NCBI GenBank assembly: GCA_965248925.1
Contig: CBDFLE010000005.1
Location: forward strand, 1,728,001-1,792,000
Length of the DNA stretch: 64,000 nt
Origin: Candidatus Multivoradales bacterium
GTDB lineage: Bacteria > Acidobacteriota > Thermoanaerobaculia > Multivoradales > J023
Direction: 5' to 3'
The translations under genes were made by a program, and so were the position numbers. This document shows positions 30,694 through 37,404 of the stretch, piece after piece. The notes under the pieces are model-generated. The model had not been told where the DNA came from and ran no database searches. It was given only the letters and a program-made list of their open reading frames with translations. How positions within the stretch are numbered: the stretch's first letter is position 1; every line of letters begins with the position of its first letter.

Positions 30694-33357
30694 ATGAAGC
30701 AAACGACTTTTCTCGTCACTCTTCTCGCCATCGGCAGTCTCTGGCTGAGCGGCCTCGGAACCCCGTCGGCCGCGGTTGAACTAAAGGACTACTTGCCCTC
30801 TGGAATCGAGTACGACCCGCAGATTCCGCGCCCCGCCGAGGTTCTCGGCTTCGAACCTGGCGAGCGCCATGTGCGGCACGACCAACTGGTGGCTTATTTG
30901 CGACGGTTGGCGGCAAGTTCCGAGCGCATTCAGATTCAAACCACTGGCCACACCCACGAGGGTCGCGAGCTGCTGCTGCTGACTATTTCTTCAGCCGCCA
31001 ACCTGGCCCGGCTCGAACAGCTGCGCGGCGAGCATCTGCGACTCAGCGATCCCAGCGTGGCGACCCCCGACACCCGCGACATGCCGGTGGTGGTCAACCT
31101 GGGCTACAGCGTGCATGGCAACGAGGCCAGCGGCGCGAACGCGGCGCCGGTGGTGGCCTACCACCTGGCGGCGGCCCAGGGGAGTGAGATCGACCGCTTG
31201 CTAGCCACCACCATCATCTTGCTCGATCCGAGTCTCAACCCCGACGGCCTGGCGCGCTTCGCCCAATGGTCGAATATGCACCTCGGCCAGGTACCGGTGG
31301 CCGATCCCGACCATCGGGAGCATCGCGAGGCCTGGCCCAATGGCCGCACCAACCACTATTGGTTCGATCTCAATCGCGATTGGCTGCTGCTGCAACATCC
31401 GGAAAGCCGTGCCAGGGTGACGCAGTTTCATCGTTGGCGCCCCAACGTGCTGACCGATTTTCATGAGATGGGCTCGGACTCGACCTACTTCTTCCAACCC
31501 GGCGTGCCACGGCGGCAGAACCCGCTGACGCCGGCCAAGAACCTGGAGCTGACCCGCAAGATCGCCAGCTTTCACGCCCAAGCCCTCGATCGAGCCGGTC
31601 GCCTTTACTACAGCGAAGAGACTTTCGACGATTATTACTTCGGCAAGGGCTCAACCTACCCCGACTTGCACGGCGCCATCGGCATCCTGTTCGAGCAGGC
31701 CAGTGCTCGCGGTCTGCTACAGGCCACCGTCAACGGACCGTTGAGCTTCCCGCTGGCGATCCACAACCAAGTGCTGACTTCGCTGTCGACCCTCGCAGCA
31801 GCTGTCGACCTACGCCACGAACTGCTCGACTACCAGGCCGAGTTTTACCGCACCGTCGGCCGCCAGACCGCGGGCTCCGGCTTGGCCGGTTGGGTTTTCG
31901 GCGAGCCCGCCGATGAAGCCCGCCAGCACCACTTGCTGGAGCTGCTGGCAGGGCATCAGATTGTTTTCCAACGTTCGCAGCAGCAGCTCGAGGTCGATGG
32001 CCAGAGCTTCGCCGCCGGCAGCTGGGTGGTACCCCTCGACCAGCCCCAAGGGCGGCTGGCGCGAGCCCTCTTCGAGACTCGTTTGGAATTTCCCGATACG
32101 GTGTTCTACGACGTCTCGACCTGGACTCTGCCACTGGCCTTCGACATCCCTTGGGCGGCCCTCGACAAGCGCCAACTGGCCGCCGCCAGTGCCGCAACAA
32201 GCACCCTGCCGAGCTTCCCCAGCGGCCATTTCGAGCCCACCGAAGAAGCCTATGCCTTCGCCTTCGATTGGTCGGGCTACTACGCTCCGCGGGCGCTCTA
32301 TCGACTGCTCCGAGCCGGCGTCCGGGTGCGGGCGTCGAGCAAGCCCTTCGAGGCTCTCACCGCCGCTGGCCGGCACCAGTTCAGCCGCGGCGCGGTGGTC
32401 GTCCAGTTGGCCACCCAGGAAGTTCAGCGCAGCTTGATCATCGAGTTGTTGCAGCAGGCAGCGACGGCGGACGCGCTCGAGGTTCACTCCCTGAGCAGCG
32501 GTTGGACGCCGCAGGGGGTCGATCTCGGCAGCCCCAGCTTGCAGCCCTTGCGCCGGCCACGGCCGGCTCTGCTGGTGGGCCGTGGCGTCTCCGACTACGA
32601 AGCGGGTCAAGCCTGGCACCTGCTCGACCAGCGCTTCGGAATCGAACTACCGCTGATCGACACCGCCCGGCTGCCACAGGTCGATTTGCAACGTTTCAGC
32701 CACCTGATCCTGGTCGATGGCGGTTACTCCACCGTCGACGAAGAGATGCGCGCCGAGCTGCGCCGTTGGGTGCATCGTGGCGGCGTTCTGATCGCTATCA
32801 AGCAGCCCGTTGAATGGGTCGACCGCCAGATCCGCGAGGATCCCGCCGCCCCCTCGCCGTCCAATGCGAACGCCGAGCCCTCCAGGTCGCCGAGCGGTGA
32901 ACCAGCGACTGGCGATGCCGAAACCGCTGAGGACCCCCGCCGTCCCTGGGATCAGCGCGAGCAGGACCGCGCCGAGGCGCTGATCGGCGGCGCCATTTTC
33001 GAAGTCCAGCTCGACACCACCCATCCGTTGGCCTGGGGCTACCCGCGCGACAAGCTGGCGGTGTTTCGCAATCATGCCAAGGTGTGGCAGAGCGAGCCCG
33101 ATCACTACGCCACCGTCGCCCGCTATAGCCCGGCGCCCCTGCTGTCGGGCTACTCGTCGCCCCAAAACGTCTCGCGCATCGCCGGCACTCCGGCGGTCAC
33201 CGCCCACGCCGTCGGCCGCGGCGTGGTCATTCGCCTGGCCGACGATCCCAATTTTCGCGCTTACTGGTTCGGCACCAACAAGTTGTTCTTGAACGGGCTA
33301 TTTTTCGCCCCCTTCCTCAAGGCTGAGCGCAACGGTGACGACGCGGCGCAGGAGTGA
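30694..33357 (+). CDS. Secreted M14 zinc carboxypeptidase family protein
   Basis: Signal peptide; VHGNE, NPDG, DLNRDW, DFHEM. Confidence 0.9.
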   Translation: MKQTTFLVTLLAIGSLWLSGLGTPSAAVELKDYLPSGIEYDPQIPRPAEVLGFEPGERHVRHDQLVAYLRRLAASSERIQIQTTGHTHEGRELLLLTISSAANLARLEQLRGEHLRLSDPSVATPDTRDMPVVVNLGYSVHGNEASGANAAPVVAYHLAAAQGSEIDRLLATTIILLDPSLNPDGLARFAQWSNMHLGQVPVADPDHREHREAWPNGRTNHYWFDLNRDWLLLQHPESRARVTQFHRWRPNVLTDFHEMGSDSTYFFQPGVPRRQNPLTPAKNLELTRKIASFHAQALDRAGRLYYSEETFDDYYFGKGSTYPDLHGAIGILFEQASARGLLQATVNGPLSFPLAIHNQVLTSLSTLAAAVDLRHELLDYQAEFYRTVGRQTAGSGLAGWVFGEPADEARQHHLLELLAGHQIVFQRSQQQLEVDGQSFAAGSWVVPLDQPQGRLARALFETRLEFPDTVFYDVSTWTLPLAFDIPWAALDKRQLAAASAATSTLPSFPSGHFEPTEEAYAFAFDWSGYYAPRALYRLLRAGVRVRASSKPFEALTAAGRHQFSRGAVVVQLATQEVQRSLIIELLQQAATADALEVHSLSSGWTPQGVDLGSPSLQPLRRPRPALLVGRGVSDYEAGQAWHLLDQRFGIELPLIDTARLPQVDLQRFSHLILVDGGYSTVDEEMRAELRRWVHRGGVLIAIKQPVEWVDRQIREDPAAPSPSNANAEPSRSPSGEPATGDAETAEDPRRPWDQREQDRAEALIGGAIFEVQLDTTHPLAWGYPRDKLAVFRNHAKVWQSEPDHYATVARYSPAPLLSGYSSPQNVSRIAGTPAVTAHAVGRGVVIRLADDPNFRAYWFGTNKLFLNGLFFAPFLKAERNGDDAAQE

Positions 33358-33411
33358 GGGCCTTGGGCTGATAGCCTTATCGCTGTGCGAATGCCAGAAT
33401 CCACCAAGCCG

Positions 33412-33849
33412 ATGAATAGCAAAACCGCCGCGAAAACTCGCCAGATAGTCCGCCAGCTGAAAAATGCCCTGGCCGATCGGGAAGAGGTCGCCGTGGCCTA
33501 CCTCTTTGGTTCGGTAGCCCGTCAGGAGGCGAGCCCCGGCAGTGATGTCGACGTCGCCATCCTGCTGGCAAAACCGGTTTCAAGCCCGCTGCATTTTCGT
33601 GCCTGCCTGGCCGAAGATCTCGGCCGCGCCACTCGCCGACGGGTCGACGTGGTCCTACTCAGCGAAGCCTCGCCGGTGCTCGCTGCGCGGGTGATCTGGG
33701 ACGGTCTAACCATCCTGTCGCGCGATGAATCGGCTCGAGTTCGTTTCGAATGCCATGCGTTGTCGCGTTACTTTGATACCGCCCCCCTGCGTCGGGTCCA
33801 CGAAAAAGCATTGCTCGACGACATTGCCGAGGGCCGCTTCCTTGGTTGA
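33412..33849 (+). CDS. mntA: Minimal nucleotidyltransferase antitoxin (type VII TA)
   Basis: YLFGSVARQEASPGSDVDVA (GSx10DxD); start 33385-33412 uncertain. Confidence 0.85.
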   Translation: MNSKTAAKTRQIVRQLKNALADREEVAVAYLFGSVARQEASPGSDVDVAILLAKPVSSPLHFRACLAEDLGRATRRRVDVVLLSEASPVLAARVIWDGLTILSRDESARVRFECHALSRYFDTAPLRRVHEKALLDDIAEGRFLG

Positions 33850-34273
33850 CCGCGAAGTGATCGTGGCGCGCCTCGAATTGCTGCGACTCAATGTTCGGCG
33901 GCTGCGAGACGTGCTGGCGGCAGGTAGAGAGGCTTTTCTGGCCGAGGAAGATCTCTTCCTCAAAGCCGAAAGGTGCTTGCAAGTAGCACTGCAAGCGATG
34001 CTCGATATCGGCAATCATCTGATCGCTAGCGAGGGCCTGGCCAGGCCCCACGGCTATGAAGACATCGTACCTTCCCTGGCTCGGGCAGGATTGATCGACG
34101 CGGCTCTGGCGAAGCAGCTGCGCGGCGCGGCGGGCATGCGTAACATTCTCGTCCACGCTTACCTCCGCATCGACCACGAGCTGATTTTCACTGAGCTGGA
34201 AAGAGATCTGCCAAGCTTGGAGGAATTCGCTCGGCAGATCGCGGCTTTACTTGCTCGCCAGGAAAAAGGCTAG
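33842..34273 (+). CDS. hepT: HEPN (DUF86) RNase toxin (type VII TA)
   Basis: TTG start overlapping mntA; RNILVHAY = Rx4HxY. Confidence 0.85.
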   Translation: MVDREVIVARLELLRLNVRRLRDVLAAGREAFLAEEDLFLKAERCLQVALQAMLDIGNHLIASEGLARPHGYEDIVPSLARAGLIDAALAKQLRGAAGMRNILVHAYLRIDHELIFTELERDLPSLEEFARQIAALLARQEKG

Positions 34274-34290
34274 CGTATCGCGGTACCGCC

Positions 34291-34337
34291 GCGAGGGGTT
34301 GAAACCCCTCGCTCCTGCATAACGTCCCCGTGGGACG
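34291..34337. repeat. REP-like double hairpin
   Basis: GCGAGGGGTT-GA-AACCCCTCGC and CGTCCC-CGT-GGGACG between convergent genes. Confidence 0.65.
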
Positions 34338-34371
34338 AGGAAAGTAGACCTCCTCAAACCTGGTTTCTTGC

Positions 34372-35766
34372 TCAGAGCTTCAGCTGCCGCGCCGGCAGAC
34401 CCCGACAACGGCCACGCTGGAGTAGCTCGCGAGCGTGGTCAATCGCCGCTTGGGTGAGTTCTTGAGCCTCGGCGATTCGGCTGAGTTCGAGGATCGCGCC
34501 CTCGATCAAGCTGTTGCTCTCCTCTACCATCAGCACAGAGGCCATCTCGCGAGCCCGAGTGCCGGCCTCTCGGTGCGCCCCCAAGGCAAGCAAGGTTTCC
34601 ACCAAGTCCACGGTCAGCAGGGCGGCGTCAAGCAAGCTGATCTCACTGAGGTGGCGAAGGGCGCGCTTGAAACCCTGCCGAGCGCGCTCGAATTCGCCCC
34701 GGCGGTAGGCCAGCTCGGCGCCAGTCCAAGCCAAGTGTCCTTGGACCAGCGGCCATTCCTCCCCCAGTTCCACCGCCCGCCGCCACTGGGCAGTGGCCTT
34801 GCTGGTCTCGCCGACTTTGCTGAGAGCCACGGCGTAGAGCCGATGGCCAGCGGACCGCAGAGCGTACTCGGTCACCGGGCAGGCATCGATAGCCAGGGCG
34901 TAGAACGGCAACGCGGCGCTAGTACGCGCGGCAAAGTGGCAGCTGTTGGCTTGCAAGAGCAGACTCACGGTCAAGCGGCTGAAGTCCCCCATCGCCAGTG
35001 CCCGGCTAGCCGCTGCCCGGCCCACCTCGGCAGCCTTTTCAGCATTGCCGCGGGTCAACCACTGGCCACCCACCAGCAGATCCCAACGCAGACGCAAAGC
35101 TGGCGACAAGGGCAGCATCGGCCACCACACCGCTGCCGCGATCTGCTCGCCGGTGCTCAGCCAGCCGCCGGTTCGACAAGCCGCCATCAGCACCCGCGCC
35201 ACCTCGGCCACTGCCTCGCAGCCGCGCCGGGTATGCACCGCAGCGCCACGGACCAAGGCCAGACCCAGTCCGATCGCGGCGGCTGGATCGTGTTGCAGCA
35301 CGTCCTGAAGATGGGCGCAGGCCAAGCTCACCGCCGGCAACGAACGCCAGCGGGGATCTTGGGCAAAACTGTCACCGAGGGCACTTGGCGGACAGTAGGT
35401 CAACAGGCCCCGCAGATGCTCCTCCGAGCCCGCCTCGGCAGGCTGCCGTTCGCCACCGAGAAAAGCCTGGCGCAAGCTGGCGGCCACCACCTTGGCCGGG
35501 CCACTCGCCACCCCTTCAGGAGGCCCTTCTCCAGCCACCAAGCGCAGCCGATCGAAGAAATCTGCGGCCGGCACCTGCAACACCTCTAGCACTCTTTCGA
35601 GCTGCTCAAAGCTGATCCGCTCACCGGCCAAGAGCTTCGATAGATAGCCACTCGAAATACCACCCCGGCGCTCGATCTCACACAGCCGCAGGGGATGCGC
35701 GGTGACGACTCGCCGCAGCACGCGGCAAACAATCTTCTGACAACCCGCTATTCGCTCCTCGCTCAT
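34372..35766 (-). CDS. XRE-HTH + TPR-like helical protein
   Basis: EIERRGGISSGYLSKLLAG HTH; Ala/Leu-rich TPR-like helices; RBS GAGG before ATG 35766. Confidence 0.7.
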   Translation of the reverse strand: MSEERIAGCQKIVCRVLRRVVTAHPLRLCEIERRGGISSGYLSKLLAGERISFEQLERVLEVLQVPAADFFDRLRLVAGEGPPEGVASGPAKVVAASLRQAFLGGERQPAEAGSEEHLRGLLTYCPPSALGDSFAQDPRWRSLPAVSLACAHLQDVLQHDPAAAIGLGLALVRGAAVHTRRGCEAVAEVARVLMAACRTGGWLSTGEQIAAAVWWPMLPLSPALRLRWDLLVGGQWLTRGNAEKAAEVGRAAASRALAMGDFSRLTVSLLLQANSCHFAARTSAALPFYALAIDACPVTEYALRSAGHRLYAVALSKVGETSKATAQWRRAVELGEEWPLVQGHLAWTGAELAYRRGEFERARQGFKRALRHLSEISLLDAALLTVDLVETLLALGAHREAGTRAREMASVLMVEESNSLIEGAILELSRIAEAQELTQAAIDHARELLQRGRCRGLPARQLKL

Positions 35767-36188
35767 AGTGTCCTCATCCCTGGTCTTGAATCCCAACTCC
35801 CCATCATTGAGTCTCTATTTTCTAAGCAATCAATAGGGGCTATTCACAACTTTCTACGATTATAGAGTGTTTCTCTTCAGAGTTCTTGGCAATCTCTTAC
35901 CAATTTCAGGGAAATCGACCAGGCGATGGGATGCGGCGATAGCTTGTTCTCGATGACCCACGCAGCCACCAGCCCAGCGAGCAGAGCGCTCGCCAGAGTC
36001 GCCAGCCCGCGGGTACTGAGCGCGGCGACGAGCGGGCATCGCGACCGTCACCTGCCCCCCTCTCCAGAAGTCGTCGCGCGGTGCGGCGTCAATCTGCTGT
36101 CCCCCGGCCGGGGTCCTGCTCTCTCGGGGCTCTGGCCGGGGTCTTTTTACTCAGCTTGCCCTGACCGCGCAGGCTTGAAAGGACTTCA

Positions 36189-36557
36189 ATGAGCCAGCAA
36201 TGCCCAACCGACCCAGCCGACGACCTCCAGCTGCAGTTGACCAAGGCCGCCGACCTCCTCGCCCGCGTCACCCACCTGCTGCGCCAACTAGCCCCCGACG
36301 ACCTACCCACCGAGCCGGCAGCAGACGCTCCCCTAGTCGCCGCCGCCTTGCAGCTGCTGCCGGTGGTGCGCCAGATCTACCTCCGCCCCGCCACTCTGGC
36401 AGTCAAATCGTTGATTCTGGCCCTGGCCGGCGAGGACAGCGATACCGATCAGGCCCTCGACCTGCTACGCCAGCTGATCAGCACCGAGATCCAGGACTTC
36501 CGCTGCTACACCGACGGCCCCTGCTGGCCCTCACCGAGTGCGGGAGAGATTATCTAG
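36189..36557 (+). CDS. Hypothetical helical protein, divergent from the HTH-TPR gene
   Basis: 122 aa ORF with RBS AAGGA and genome-like codon usage. Confidence 0.5.
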   Translation: MSQQCPTDPADDLQLQLTKAADLLARVTHLLRQLAPDDLPTEPAADAPLVAAALQLLPVVRQIYLRPATLAVKSLILALAGEDSDTDQALDLLRQLISTEIQDFRCYTDGPCWPSPSAGEII

Positions 36558-36594
36558 GCGCCAAGTAGAAACCTAGGATCAGGCGTTGATAGGG

Positions 36595-36906
36595 CTAGGG
36601 AGACTTATCGTCACAATGGGCCAGAGCCACCTCGACGGTCTCGCCCTCAGGCTCCGAGGCGACCACCTCTTCAGCCTGGCAGAGGGTCCAACTCGGGTTC
36701 CTACTCTCGTAGTCAGCCAGCTGAACCTTGTAGCGGATCCCCGGGTAAGCCGTGCGCACCTTGCCGACAAAAACCGCATCGGCTGAAGAATAGCTAGCAC
36801 AGGGCGTTGCCGATCCCACACAAGAGCAAGATTTAACAGCACCAGCACCGCAGAAGAGCAAGGTCACGACAAACATCGTCGCTCTTAACCACTGAATCGC
36901 AAGCAT
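36595..36906 (-). CDS. Secreted TIMP/NTR-like protein, probably truncated
   Basis: RBS GGAGG; signal peptide then CSC-x5-PC...ADAVFVGKV. Confidence 0.55.
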   Translation of the reverse strand: MLAIQWLRATMFVVTLLFCGAGAVKSCSCVGSATPCASYSSADAVFVGKVRTAYPGIRYKVQLADYESRNPSWTLCQAEEVVASEPEGETVEVALAHCDDKSP

Positions 36907-36954
36907 GCAGGGAACCTCCATCTACCATCATTGCGCCGCGGCCGGATGCTTAGC

Positions 36955-37341
36955 TCAGAACATCCGCGAAGCCATCTCCACCAAGGCAACGCCCGCCGGC
37001 ACCAGAGCGCTGCCAGTTTCGGCGGCGTTCTTCAACACCTCGCTGGCGGTCTTCAGCTTACCCAGCACGGCGGCGCCGTTGGGCCGCGACTTCTCCAGCT
37101 GCTGCCGGGCCCCCGCTAGCTCAGCGTCCACCACTTCAGTGATTTCGGCGTCCAGACCACCGCGATCGAGCTCACCCCGCAGCTGGTCCAGCGCCGCCAA
37201 CAGCTCGCCGAGCGAAGACCCACCAGCCTGCTGAACCCGAGCTTTTCCAGCCGCCAGAGTGGAGCCGACCACGCTGCCGCCCACCGCAATTCCGCCGTTC
37301 GACGCGCTGACTGATTGGGGATCGTGCTTATCTTCCGGCAT
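36955..37341 (-). CDS. Small protein: N-terminal amyloid-like motif + helical bundle (putative NLR partner)
   Basis: VSASNGGIAVGGSVVGSTL followed by amphipathic helices; RBS GGAAGGTG. Confidence 0.75.
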   Translation of the reverse strand: MPEDKHDPQSVSASNGGIAVGGSVVGSTLAAGKARVQQAGGSSLGELLAALDQLRGELDRGGLDAEITEVVDAELAGARQQLEKSRPNGAAVLGKLKTASEVLKNAAETGSALVPAGVALVEMASRMF

Positions 37342-37378
37342 CGCTTCACCTTCCTAATTTGGATTATTGTCGAAGCAA

Positions 37379-37404
37379 CAGAAGTCAGAAATCAGGAATC
37401 AGAA
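37379..37404 (-). repeat. Four tandem 7-nt repeats T(T/C)CTGA(T/C) at the NACHT-FGE 3' end
   Basis: Minus strand TTCTGAT TCCTGAT TTCTGAC TTCTG. Confidence 0.7.

Noticed and set aside
33366-33395. Fourth copy of the ECF promoter motif before mntA
   Set aside because: GGCTGA-N15-GCGAATGCC matches only 4/6 in the -35 element, so it could be chance.
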